NCBI GenBank assembly: GCA_029953675.1 | Contig: JAMWBK010000006.1 | Span: forward strand, 1,426,001-1,490,000 | Direction of reading: 5' to 3' | DNA: 64,000 nt | Source of the DNA: Rhodosorus marinus CCMP1338 | Taxonomy: Eukaryota; Plantae; Rhodophyta | Part shown: positions 48,547 through 61,367 of the stretch, piece by piece | How the letters are laid out: each line of letters starts with the position of its first letter | Position numbering within the stretch: the first letter of the stretch is position 1 | Notes under the pieces: model-generated | Database searches by the model: none | What the model saw: the letters and a program-made list of their open reading frames with translations, nothing else | Told to the model about the DNA's origin: nothing | Made by a program: the position numbers and the translations under genes

Positions 48547-50334
48547 CTAAATAACTTTGTGCTCTATATCAGGGGAATGCTCAGTTTCCGTATCCAAGTG
48601 CACGAATGCTCTGTCAACACCATCGAACATCTCAATTCTGTTCTGCAGGCTCTCTCCAATGTCGTGCGCCTCCCACAGCAGCATATCAGATGACAGGACG
48701 ATATCGCACTCAACAAACAAACCGTTGCCCACGTGATACGCACGTACAGTATCCACCTGGTATTCAACGATGTACCAAGGGCAACAAATGTTCAGAAGAT
48801 GGAGTACGTCTTCTCAAAGTTGACCAGATCTCAAAAGTCTACCTTGTGAATCTCCGGATGGTGGTTGCACGCCAGAAAGGTTACGAGACTAAGCGTCTTG
48901 GCATCTGCTACTTTCCCGAGCAAGTTTTGCACGTGCTCAAGAGTGTGTCTAACCCAGTTCAGGATAATCAGCACAGAAATGCAAATTCCACCCGCTGGAT
49001 CGAGCCACCAGAGATATCTAAACAAGAACAAGAGTTGTTCTCAGAAGTCGAGCCGCCTTGAAAGTGTTGAACTGACGGATTATGCGGTCAGCATGCCCTA
49101 CTTCTCAGCTAGAAATACGGTCGTAATCGAAACTGAATTCGCAATCACGTCATTGAGATGGTCCACCGCTAAGCTTTGGACGGACATATCGCTGCTTCCC
49201 TTGCACATCAGGTACAAGCACAGCTTCGTGAGGAGCGCTAGGAACAGCAGTCCTACGACCTAGGAGCGTTGGCGAAGCAGAGAAAACACACTTCAGGCCC
49301 CAAAACAGGAAACTCACTTGCACGTGCCCGTAGAACATACCAATGGCGACAGCCCCGAAAACCTTGCCCTTTCCTGCCCTCCAACCAACGTTGTAATGCT
49401 CTCCTGCAGGGTGACGAGGGTAGCGGAAGTCATGAGACAAGCCATCCCAATAACTCCCAAAGGCTCTAATCTAGATTGTCCCACTGGGTATGAGTATTTA
49501 TCTCTTGAGCTCTTCAGTTTCCAAGTTAGCAAGACCAACAACCCGGAGACAAAGTCCAAAGTAGCATCGGTAAGGGTGGCCATCAGAGCGAGCGACATAG
49601 AATTAATAAACGCAAAGGCTTGGGCGAACAGGAGGAGTATGTTGCACGCATTTGAGAGATAGACAGCTCGCCGGGCGTTCCTGCTCTCAGAACTATCGTC
49701 ATCGTCATATTTCAGCTCCAATGCCTCGGCACAACGATGCACAAAGCTTTTCTCTTCTTCTTCGAGGATATCATGGCTGCAAATTGCAAGGCAGTGAAAA
49801 TACCGCCACTCGTTTGAGAACTAGATTCTAACAGATCACCCAACACCTGGAGGCGGGCGCGGGTACTTACCCAACAGAGCACTGAACATACTCTTCAAGC
49901 AGATCGTTCTGCTCCCGGTAATAATCTCGCAGAGGTTTTGGGCTCTTCTCCAGCTCCTCCTTTGTCTTGTATCCTTTCCACATGTTTCTGAGAGAATGTG
50001 CGAAACTTCCACTCGGCCAACTTCCCCAGGTTCTCAAACGAACATTGTCCAATGCCGCACCATCTTCATTCCCAATGTGTATAAGCGTGGACTCCTGGAG
50101 CATAGCACCAACTGTCGACTTCGTCTTCCCGTTTCCGATCATTGAGTAGGACGTCCCCTGATCATCTACAGTCCACACACATAACCCGCAAAATAAAACC
50201 AATGCGCAAGCAGGAAAAAACATCAGTCACCACGCAAGCAGGGGACCGAACAGAAAAAAGGAAAAACAAAAACGGAGCCACTTACCGTTCTCAGAGTCCG
50301 TTATCAACCCGGTGTCTTCAGAAATACCAGCCAT
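48547..50334 (-). CDS. Cation diffusion facilitator, Mn-CDF (MTP8-11-like)
   Basis: YYREQNDLLE; SLALMATLTDATLDFVSG; YPVGQSRLEPLG; DTVRAYHVG..VECDIV; AHDIGESLQ; RAFVHLD. Confidence 0.94.
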
Positions 50335-51057
50335 CGTTTTTACTGCCCACGACGTCTCTCTAAACCCCAAAACTCCCTCACAAAAAAACAGCTCCACCCA
50401 AAAACAACAAAAAAGAAATAAAGTCTCACAAACACCTCAGACCCTATCCATCAATCAGCCGCAATCCTTCCATCTCTTGTCCTTACCAGCAGCACCCAAA
50501 GTTGACAAACTCCCCGCCCCCCCCAAAAAAAAAAAACAAAACAACAGTGATTCCCCAGCTCACCAAACCTCCATGTAATCTCTTCTCCCCGCACGTCGCT
50601 CATCCTCATCCTGCACCGAGAAACCCTGACTTCCATCTCCTCCCTCTCCCCCTCTCCACATTCCCCCTAAAAAAAACAATCTTTTCAATTAAAAATCATA
50701 GATATACCTAAATAGCACAAAAAATCCGCCTCTAATTCAGCCATTATATGAGAACCGACATCTCTCGAAAAGGGGGGGGGGGGGTGGATATCGTATGCCA
50801 TGCACGAATAGTTGCTCTCGATGACTCGGTAAACTTAAATATTTAATAATTTATATGCTAAATAACGGGTTTCGGTAATCGTTGATTGATTTGAAGAAGG
50901 GGGGGTAGATGACAACCCCCCTTTTTGGAGGTTTCTTTGAGGTTTTGTGGATATATTTGCTTTGTTGAAGAAATAACTGGAGTTGGAGGATATGGGTCGT
51001 TTTCGAGACGGATTTTGGCCGCAGGATTTGTCGGAAAAAGTGGAAGTTTTTTAATTA

Positions 51058-51082
51058 ATATATATATATATATATATATATA
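51058..51082. repeat. (TA)n microsatellite
   Basis: About 12 TA units. Confidence 0.95.
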
Positions 51083-51229
51083 TTATTTATGTGCTACGTG
51101 AGCCAATAGAGGGGTGAGTGGTAGTTTTAGTGATTGAAAAATGAAAAAGTTTGACTGTACAAGGTCGACGTAGTTCCGTGGCGAAGGAATTGGGTGAGGA
51201 GTTTTAATCTATGGCGTAAGAGTCAAGAA

Positions 51230-52450
51230 AGAGCATATCTCGGCTGGATACTCCGTGTTTCTTGTGAAAGGTTGCAGATGACTGAGCTAAGGCATCCTGA
51301 TGCCGTCCTCAAACAGTGCGGGAAGTAGCCTAGCGTTGGCACATGGCTGGTCGACTGGATACCGCAGAAAGTTGTTGTATGTAACGGCGCGGGGGGGATT
51401 CTGGGGCATGGTTGCGATTGATTGCTCATATTTGCGTTGGGCTTAAGGGTGTGCTATTTGAGAACAGTGGTCTTCTGGTGTCGATCCCAGCATATCTGTG
51501 TAGGAGAAAGAATTGTACGAATGCAGGATTGGTGATTAAGGGGACCCGATTTGGACGGAGGCCACAGCGATATAAACATGGGCCACAGTCGTTCAAAGAT
51601 TCTCTTTTCGCTCTCTGGCTTCAATCTACAGCATTTCTGGTTCGTCGTTGCTTTATTTTAGACAGGTAGCGTCGGGGAAACGATCCTCCACTAGAGTTCC
51701 CCACACCCGCGTCGCGCCGCCGCGCTCTGGCCGCGTCACTTCACCAAGGTCACCAGAGTTTTTAACTGGTACTAGATTCCGATCCATCAGGATGTTGACA
51801 GCACGCGCCTGTCGCGTTGTCAGAGTCGTCTGAGACGTTAGATAACGAAATAGTTTATGGGCGGTTCTTGCAATGAACCACTGTTCAGTCAGATACGTCG
51901 TCCCGGGGCGTATAGAAAGGACAATGGTATAACGCTTACTCTATAAGTGCTATATTGCTGCTCCGTATGGTTGAATGCCCTGGAGTATTGGCGATAGGGT
52001 GTTGAAGGCCTCCATGCTGGTGGGGATGTACCTGTCCACCGTCTAGGTGCTGGCATCAGTTTGCCCAATGAACGGCAGTTCTAGGTCGACCAAATACAGC
52101 GTGTTCGTGGAGTACTGAGCGTCCTTTAATCCCTCGAATACTTTCTGCTGCGCTGAACACCATTCCCAGCCCTTTTTCGTTGTTAGCTCGTGCAGGGGTG
52201 GAGCAAATATGAGCATTTTCGGGAATCAGCAACCGTAAAATGTTCATAAAGCCAAGAAGCTCGGGTTAAAGAACCCACCATCGGTGTTCATATTGGCCCA
52301 CCGGCGTGACAAGTGCCGTACGGTCCCAAGATCCACATTCTTGATTAACATCGAGGCCCGGAAGCCCCCCTTCATGGGCTTGCGTAGACAGCTGTCCATT
52401 CGAGTTTTAACTTCTAAAAAGGTCGAGAACTTCCCAACTCATAGATACAT
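51230..52450 (-). mobile_element. Degenerate Ty3/gypsy LTR retrotransposon pol remnant (RT, RNase H, start of integrase)
   Basis: Frameshifted, stop-containing motifs: DRTALVTPVGQYE; FLGFMN..LIP; PLHELTTKKGWEWCSAQQKVFEGLK; PFIGQTDAS; HPIA; RTAHK..YLTSQTTLTTRQAR. The RT core between motifs appears deleted. No LTR pair found. Confidence 0.85.
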
Positions 52451-52597
52451 TCCTTCATTTTTTCTCCACAAAATGAATTCGATTTTATTCATCTCACGGA
52501 AGAAATATCTTGGCCAAGTTGAGCTTGATTGTTACATTCAAAGAATAAATGCAAAAACAAAAAAAGTCATCAACGTTGTTTTGCTAATTCTTGGAAG

Positions 52598-52716
52598 GGA
52601 TGTGTAACGCTGCTAGGATGTGAAACGCTGGTTTGGGGTTCGAAACGCTGGATTGGGATGTGAAACGCTGTTTGAGATGTGAAACGCTGTTGGGATGTGA
52701 AACGCTGGTTGGGATA
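52598..52716 (+). repeat. Minisatellite, 6 x 18-21 bp, consensus GGATGTGAAACGCTG(G)TTG
   Basis: Units start near 52598, 52616, 52637, 52656, 52675, 52693. Confidence 0.92.
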
Positions 52717-53071
52717 TTTGGCCAGGCAGATTTTCTTGAGGATCTGGAAGAGTAGAAAAGTCTAAGTCAGCGAAGGGTACAGGTGGTGGGCGAGAGGGGT
52801 GGGTGGGGGGCGAAGGAAGAGTGGCAGGGGAAATGTGTTTTTCGTTTCTTCTTTTTTATGTTGTTTTTGCAAGGTAATATTCGACTGCGGTGTATAGACT
52901 GAAGGTGAGATCAAGGACTCTGGATTTTGCTCTGCCGCGATTTGGAAAGGACTTTTGGATCAATGCATGGCTTGTGTTGGTGGAAGATGACGGGTTTCCG
53001 CGTTCGTTGGTTGAGCGGCGGCGAAAGGTAGATTTTCTTTGTTTCTAGTTTTCATTAGAACACCGAGAAGA

Positions 53072-55790
53072 ATGGACAAGGTAGGTTACTTCTTTGAGTT
53101 CTGCCTCGGGGGCCGCGATTTGCTCAGGATTGTAACTTGTTTTGCTTCGTCCAGCCACAGGATGAGTTGGGCGGAATTTGGGACGCCTACCGGCGCAGGC
53201 TCATCGATGGCTTTCTTAAGAAGGTTAAACAGGCGAGCAGAGCTCCGTATTTTGTCCTTGTGGTAGACAGGGAATCTCTTCGACACTTGTCGACAGCTAT
53301 GACAATGAAGGAAATTTCGCAGAACGGGGTGTCTTTAATTGAGATAATTGACAAGCCCAGAGAACCGCTTCCGGGTGTGAACGCAGCGTTTGTACTGACT
53401 CCTACTCCGGAAAGCGTGAACATGCTTGTCTCGGAGAACCCTCGGCAATATGCGGCTTTCCACCTGTTTTTCACGTCTAGCCTGGCAGATCGAGAGTTTT
53501 CCAAGCTCAAGCAGAAGCCGGCTTTCATGAAGAAGGTAAATCTTCGCCCTTGACTTTTCGAACCCTGCGCCAATCAATCCCGCTGAGATCATGACCTGAC
53601 CAGAATGATGATGCTCTGGATGCGCAGGTTAAGTCTCTATGGGAGCTCAACATTGACTTCTTCGCCATGGAGAACAATTGCTTTTCCCTTGGACTTCCCG
53701 CTGGAGGAATCCCCAATTTGTGGGGCTCATCAGCCCACTATTTTGAAGAAGAGGTGGACACCGTTGTCAAGAGGCTGACCAGCGCTTGTAGGCTTCTGGC
53801 GCGTCCGGAGGCATGGAAAGTCAGATATCCAGTGGCTTCCAAACCAGCGGAGCAGGTCGCGAAGAGGCTCGTGAGGGGCCTGAGCGCAAAAATTTCTGGA
53901 GGTAAATGAACTTACTCTCTGTCCGTTTGTTCAAATGACGACAACAGTGTATCCAAGACGAATATTGCGGATCAGAGGTCAACAGATTCGGAAGAGCGGG
54001 GGTGCTTATCATTGTCTCGTGTACCATTTCCGTGTAGGCGAAAGCAGCGATGAGACGGCAGAGTACAAGTCGGCCACGCTCCTAGTGGTCGATCGCATGT
54101 GTGATCCGTGGTCGCCACTAGTTCATGACTTCTCGTTTCAAGCGATGGCCAACGATGTTCTTGAGCTCGACCAATCGAGGTTAGGAGGTAGTCGTTACTA
54201 TGGCGCCGGAAAGAAAGCGAACGATGAGAACGCAAATGCGATCCTAGAAGACGAGCAATTTGCTGTATGGAAAAAAGTAAGACCTCAAACAGAACGCGGT
54301 TCCCGCAGCCACTTGATTTTCTGAACAATCTTCACTTGATCTTGAATGGGATCCTCTACACAGTATCGTCACAAGCATGTAGCAGACGTATCATCGCAGC
54401 TGAATGAGGATTTGCAGTCGTTTGTTAATTCCAACGCTGCCGCGAAAGTTCACATCAAAGGCAAAGAACCGGGGCAGGAGTTGGACTTGAAGGATCTATC
54501 GAGCGCCATTCAGGCTCTTCCCGAGTACGGAGAGACCTTGTCGCGTCATTCTGCAATGGTCAACGCGTTGAACGATTGCCTTGAACTCTTCAAAACGGGA
54601 AGTCTGGATGGCATAGCTCGAGTATGTACACAGGGTAAACTCCTCAGTCTCGCCCAGGTTGATAAACGCTGATTCGAGAATCCTTCCTCCTTCCCAGGTT
54701 GAACAAGACCTGGTCACTGGGCGCACAGCCTTGGGTGAGCGTTGCAGATCCAAAAAGGTTCTTTCCTCCATAGTGGATCTCCTCATGGCCAAGGAGGTTG
54801 GAACTGAGGACAAAGTCCGCCTTACAACTTTGGCGCTTGCTATTGCTCGGTCTGAGAAGGTTCGTTTAGTAGTTCCTTCGCATGGAATGGGATTCTTCAT
54901 CGTCCAATCGGCCCGCCAAGTTTTCTCAAGCTGTAGTTCTTGTTTCTAGTTCATGTACTACTCTGGAGGGCGACCAAGCCTTCTGTCCGGAGCGTCCTTC
55001 AAATCGCGCTTCGATTTAAATGAATGCTTTGATCTCGCTCGAATTTCATCACCGGAGAAGACTGCGCCAGCGAGGGGGCTGGCCATGATCCTGGAGAAAA
55101 TCAAGAACGCTGGAACGGACTACAAATACTCTCTAGAAAGCTCAGACTAGTAAGTAGACGAGCACAAAGAATCAGGAGCACGGACAGTTCGGAGTTAACC
55201 AACCAGCTGCTGACCGCGTCTTTGTGCTCGGGAGTGCAGCAAAGGGATCAAGAAGGGTGTTCGTCATCTGCCCAAACGCCAGGTAGAGGCTTCGTATGAT
55301 GTTTCCCGGTATCAACCGCACGTCTACTCCCTCACAGCGGATCTAGTGGAGGGATACTTGTTGCCGACAATCTTTCCAGAGCTCCAGGTGTCGGACACTG
55401 CAAACGGAGGAGGAAAGACGCTGTTTATGATATTTTTCGTAGGCGGTGTCACTCACTCGGAGATGCGAACCGTGTCTCTTCTTTCTGAGAAGTGCAAAGG
55501 CGAAAGTGAGCGTCAAGGACTTTCAATCATTCATTGTCACGTCCGGGACTCTCAAAGATGGTAGCTAACATGCCCCCGTTCATACTTGTTTAGATGCAAA
55601 AATCGTAACAGGTGGTTCGACGATCCTGACCCCCTCGGCCTTTTTAGAGTCACTCGCTGGTGTTGCGGACGCGTCTATTCGCTCAAGAGTATTGAGACCT
55701 CCTGCCCCTCTACAATTCGACTCGGCGAAGGAGTCGGACCAAAAAGTGGGCTTGGAGACAGACCAAAAAGTGGACTTGGAGCGTGGGTAG
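53072..55790 (+). CDS. SEC1: Sec1/Munc18 (SM) family vesicle-fusion protein
   Basis: FVLVVDRESLRHLS; REPLPGVNAAFVLTP; ELNIDFFAMENNCFSL; LLVVDRMCDPWSPLVHDFSFQAMANDVL; RHKHVADV; SRYQP; FFVGGVTHSEMR; TGGSTILTP. Confidence 0.95.
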
Positions 55791-56135
55791 CCTCCCTGCG
55801 ACTAGCACAAGAAGTTTGCACATAGCGGAGGCGAGATGTGCTACCGTTCACAATCTGTTCTGACTTAATGGATTTCAGGAGAGAACAGCATCGATAGGGC
55901 AGCGCCACGATTGGACTGAGGACACGCAAAGCAACGCCTCGACAACAAAAAAATCTCGATCTGCTGTACTCTCAACGGTTCCGACTACGTGCCCAGATTC
56001 TCTCCGTCTTTTTCTTGTCTTAACTTAAAAAACCTAAAAAACTACTCTTACAGAATCGCGCGTGCGATGAGGGAAAGCAAAAAACAAGACGAAATAGTAC
56101 GCACGTTCCCGACAAGCCACGGCGTGGGACGAATT

Positions 56136-57428
56136 TCATCCTTGATTGATGCTTTCCTTATCTTGGATGTCGAACGTGGCTACCAATCCATGTGGAGCGT
56201 ACTTTGCCGGATCCGATTGATAAGTATTGTCGATGTAGAAGAACTGAAGCAACAAGCACGCAGAGGGCACAAGACTTTTCAGCGACCTTCAGGACTTTTT
56301 CCTGGAGTTGATCCAATTTCACAAGTCTCTATTGGGCCGGATATAGACCCGTGGGCTGTAGAGCGACGCCTACCTCCATGCTTACTTGGAAGCCGCAGTC
56401 TTGAAGAAAAGCTTCTAGGACGTAGGGAATGAAGACCGGCGCTGTATCGTCATATTCTTCAGCTGCCTGTTGGGTTTTTGCGGGAAGAAACTGCGACTTG
56501 AGAGAAATATTGTAGATCCATTATGAGAGGTTCAGAGTTGCCTACCAGCAACTGCGCAGCAGTCATCGTCCGTAGATCGTCTGCGAAAACTGAGAAGTTG
56601 CTTTGTCCATCCTCACGCCATTCGATATCCTCCAAAGAGGAGAGATCGATCCTGAGAAGGAATCGGGAGGTTTCAGGTGGGGGAAAGCGAGGCCGACGGA
56701 ATCATTCCTGCAAATGTACGCCTGTGAGAAACGTACTTGAATCCGGAAATCAGCCCGTCCTCGCGGTAACCTGTTAATAGGACGTTAATACCGTCTATAA
56801 CCGGCCTGGATTCTCGCGGAGAAGCACGGCTTTGTGAGCGTTTCTGTGCGAGGCTGGGCGACTTTCGTTCCGCATAAGTTAATAGCTCTTTTGCGACCAT
56901 TTTTGTGAGATCGAACCGGCTTTGCTTCGACGTCGTTCCTACTGCGATGGTGTGATAAAGTGAATACAGGTTGAGGTTGAATCTCGTTGTGTCCTCGTCA
57001 ATCTCCGTGAGCTCGCTCTCTTTGAACAGAGACTGCGCCTTCGCCATTTTTTCGTCTGCAGCCGCGTTGAGCGTGGTTATCTTAAACAGACCCATCTTCC
57101 TCGTCGCAACATCTCGCGTCACGTCCAGTAGCAGCTTTTCCAATTCCGGATTCAACGGGTTCATCTGAACCTCAACCACCGGCTGGTCTGGCAGTCGGTT
57201 CAACGTCGCGTCGATCAAATCCAGACCATACCTATCCCACGCCCTGGTCGCAGCAAACGATATTCCAGTCATCCCTGCTACCAGCAGCAACCTCCTCACA
57301 CCCTCGTATTCATCATACTGCTCATCGCCGGTGCACGATCTCCATCCTTTCCTCCAAACTCGTCGTTTCCTCACGCTGCAGCCTCCCTCCCTTACAAACC
57401 CTACCAATGCACCGCTCACAAACGCCAT
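56136..57428 (-). CDS. Unknown plastid protein with twin-arginine thylakoid-type signal
   Basis: MAFVSGAL transit peptide, then RRLLLVAGMTGISFAATRA. Spliced C-terminus ..PYVLEAFLQDCGFQ..FFYIDNTYQSDPAKYAPHGL..*; last junction uncertain. Confidence 0.7.
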
Positions 57429-58238
57429 TGCCTAAACCCAACCCCTGCCCTCACCCTCACAAAGAAAATTAAACAAAATTCCTCACAACACGTCTGTTCA
57501 CAGACCGCCTTCCTCACCTTCCTACACTTCCAAAAGTTCTCTCCATCTATTACCCAAAGTCCTCTGAACCAGGAGCAACACATACCAGTTGATCCATACA
57601 AGTTTCTCCCCCCCCCCCCAAAACTCGGAGACGGAAGCAACGCCCGAGCTCAAAATCTCGCGGTCAGTGCACAGTCCGGTTTACCAGGGCAACTCAGCGA
57701 GCATGCAAGGCCGCTTTGAAGCTGAGTTGCTTATGGCGAATTCAGATGAACACTGACAAAAAGTATGGTCGTTTAGCAGAGTGGTTAACAAACTCGTTTA
57801 GTACAGGGCGATCCAAACGGCTGTGGAAGCGGTTTCCATCTTGAATGGGATGGCCAGGACTTTACACTGAACTACTCAATAGACGATTGAGTACGGAGGT
57901 TGGGTCGGAAAGCATGGGACAGTAGTCAGGAGCAAAAGGAGTGCACGCGATCCGCAGGCTGATTAGATAGGCGGACTCGTGGGATGACTTATACAATCAG
58001 GGGACGAAAATTTGTTAACAATCTTGACTCTTCGTCGTCATTTACTTCTTTTTTCATCTATCTTTTTTGGTTTCATGTGTTACGCGTTTGAAGGGTGGCG
58101 TTACTACGCAGTGTTTCAGTGCGGGGGATTGCTGAGTTTCTGAGAGTTCCACTGCCTCAACTCAATACATCGAACAGGATGTGGAACCAATAAAATCAAA
58201 AGTGAAACCCAACTCTGCGACTGTTCAGCAACATCTCT

Positions 58239-59849
58239 TTAGCGAGCGGCACTCATCATCTGCTCCTTGATTCCGCTGCTCGTCAGGGCCTGCGCGCGAG
58301 ATCCCGCGGCGCTGGTCGCACCAGTTCGGAGCCTAGAGGCGCCGTACTTGAGGGTGATGAATCGGAAGAAATCTCTCCACACGAGCTCGAAGTAGGTAGT
58401 GCTCTTGCTGATCTGCTCGGGAAAAAAAAGAGAAACCAGATAGAACGAATATTTAGTATCCTCCGCCGCTGCGCGAACGTTTCGTACATTCTCACCTCAG
58501 GCACAACGTTCCTCTTCTTCAGCTCTTGGTGGATTCTTCGTGGGGAGACACAGCCAAGCGCCAGCCACGGGGAGATCTTGCATGAGAAATCGGCTCCCAA
58601 GTGGGACGAGGCAGTGCCGCTGTTCCTCTTCGCCTCGGCGATGTACCTCTCGAGTCTGCCCATCGCGTCAATCTCCCCACCAGTGAACCTCTCGGTCTTC
58701 AGCTTCCTTGGTGCCTCTGAGCCGAGTCCAAGGTCGCTCAAGGTTGGAAGTCTTCCGCTCTCGCAATCGATGGTGCGCGGCAACTTCTTGGGTGCCGGGA
58801 GGGGCTCACGGATCTGTCCCTTGTCCTGCACCATATCGCGGAACTTGGAATACACATCCGGCATCTTCTCAACCGCGAAAGGAAGATCCTCCACGTCGTA
58901 GAGGGTGTTGCTCCACATTGCCTTGTGCTCGATACGGCCGGTCTCCAGGGCCTTTTGCAGCTTCTGCTCGACTTCCTGCTCTTCAAAGCAGACCTCCCTG
59001 TGATAAACGACCTTCCTAATTCCATTCTGCTTGCAACTATGGGACGCGTTTGAAAAATATACTAATTCAGCTCGATGCTCTCGTGGCCTACACTAGTGAG
59101 TAACAGACACTTTCTGCGGCACTTACAGGTTGACGATAACTTCCTCGGGCTTGCCCTCCCGGATGATGAGGTCCGAACCAATGTCACGGAGCCTCTTTCG
59201 CAGCTGATCAACTGCTTCGATGAGGAACTCAGCACGGTACCTGCCAGTCTTGGCAAACCCGAACGAGGTCTTTCCGAATTGTCGTGGGTCGAATGTGAAC
59301 AGCGGAAGCACCGACGATGCATGCTCCTCCACATACTTCAGGGCTGGGTGATCATGCAGACGCAGATCAGCGCGGAACCACATCAGGATTTTCTCACCCT
59401 ATTGTAGAGGACATCGAGAAACTTAGGTGGGGACACAAGGCAACCCAAAGTACTCACAGGTAAGGGAATGCGAAAACGCTCTAACCTTGCCACCTGCGGG
59501 TCCCTTTCCAAACCCATTGCAGTCCGTGAACGCCGGGGACAGGGACGGGGAAACCTTCGCGTTGCTCTTGGTCGTCACTGCCTTCTTCTTAGACAAGACA
59601 ACAACCGACGAGGAGAAGCCTGGCAGCTTTCCTTTCCATGAAATACGGCTCTTGAGAGCGGAAGCCCTCCTACGGCAAGAAGCACGAGAGTTACACTAAT
59701 CAGCACCAAACACAACAAATCCAAACATTCAATCCCGATCCAAACCCCAACCCCCGAGACAAGAAAAGCACTAGAACTTACTGGAAAGGCAGAGTGGAAA
59801 TCAGAAAAGCGCTCCTCAGTCCACTACGAACACCACGTGATTCCTCCAT
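58239..59849 (-). CDS. PHR2: PHR2-type photolyase/cryptochrome family protein (CRY-DASH-related, C-terminally short)
   Basis: LMWFRADLRLHDHPAL; DPRQFGKTSFGFAKTGRYRAEFL; FTGGE; GADFSCKISPWLALGCVSPR; YFELVWRDFFRFITLKY shortly before the stop. Confidence 0.88.
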
Positions 59850-61367
59850 TTTTACTTAACCCTTTCTTACTTCTCTCGCTCAAGCAAAACGCTATCGTCC
59901 TCGCTTTGATTACGAAAGGCAAAGTATATCCCCACCTACAAAATCAACAGCAACAACAATAACGACTACCTTGCCCTTCCCCCCCACACACACACTTAAT
60001 CACTTTCCCCACCGCAAGCTATATATTCCCCTCCCCACCCTCATCTGACATCCCCCAAAACAATTGACTCATAAATAGCCTCCTCTGCAATTTTCAACGC
60101 CATAAACGCCTTCAAGAAAATGCACTGCTCTCCGCGCACATGGTAAAAAAAAAAAAAAGGTCAAAAACCCATCAAAAATCGACGCCCTTCTTCCACACCC
60201 AACCAAAAGGAATATCGACAACCCCCTTTTCATTACCAACTCAAAACGGCTATATAATATACACAATTCATGTATCCCGATCTGGACCTCCAATCCCTGT
60301 ATATATCCCAACCCTGACCAATGTTCAACAGAAATGGGATAATAAAAGAAGTAAGAAAAATCACGACCACACAGCGGGCCAAAAAAAATTTGAATAAACC
60401 CCCACCCCCCTCCTTCCTTTTGTCACCGGATAATAAACGAATATTTAAATTGTTAGAAAAAAGAACGCGATATGAAGTGAATGGAACGCGATATTATTGC
60501 CTTCCCCCCCCCCCCGTCCGTCACCCCTGACGGACACACAGTCAATTGTGAACGTACTATTTTACTGAAAAAATAAAACAAATCACAATCTCGGAAACGA
60601 CAAAAAATTGACGCTTCGGGGTTGTGGTTTAAGAGGTTGAGTTAAGGGGTATGAATACTTTTGTGCAATTCGTTGCGACGGGTTTTAATTTTACTAAATG
60701 ACAACAACAAGCATTTTCCGGGGGTTGAACGAGTTGAACTCATCCTGCCTCAAATTGGAGCGATCGGAGGGATCGAATACGACACGTGGAGATAGATGAT
60801 CAGATTAATTCCATAAATTCTTGCACTTCATTGGGCTATATGATTTGGTTTTCTGTAGATTTTGAAGGTTCTTTTCGTATTCAAGGAATATTTCTTTTCA
60901 GGATGTGGGTGAGAATGGAAGGAAAGCTCTCTACCCCCCATTTTACGATGCAGTGCCTCCCCGGCGTTGGATGGCGATGGCCTTTGCCGAAGGATTTGTG
61001 TGCATTGCAACGGATGCGCGTTTGGTGTAGAAATTTTGGTTTCTTTTTTTTTGTGGTGTGAACAGGTCTCTTCGTGGGTGGGGATGGATCGAGGGAGCTA
61101 AATTTTTCTTCCGGTGAGAAGGAGGGGGTGTTGAGGAGGGCGCGTACGTTAAGTGGGGTCTCAAGAGGGTTGGGTTTTTTGTTTACTAATGCAATGCTTT
61201 TATTGGGACAAGCAAACTACAGGTGCAGTAAATCCCCCTTTTTTATTTAAGATCGGCGGCAGATTTTGGGGATTTTGAGGAATACTAAGTCGGAGTCAAT
61301 GTACTATTGAGAAACACTGCATTCTGTGAAGTTAGTACTCGTTACTATTCGGGGATTTAGCGCAGTC

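Noticed and set aside
5084-50334. Functional iron/haem cluster (hemH, NFU, Fe-S methyltransferase, TspO, CDF)
   Set aside because: The genes are dispersed among unrelated housekeeping genes, in mixed orientation; consistent with chance.
52598-52716. Repeat array as a CRISPR
   Set aside because: Units are adjacent with no unique spacers, there are no cas genes, and the context is eukaryotic.
55737-55781. 21-bp direct repeat at the SEC1 3' end (DQKVGLE/DQKVDLE)
   Set aside because: Simple two-copy slippage in a non-conserved tail.
55989-56432. 147-aa plus-strand ORF
   Set aside because: Antisense to the final exons of the Tat-signal gene; no recognisable motif.
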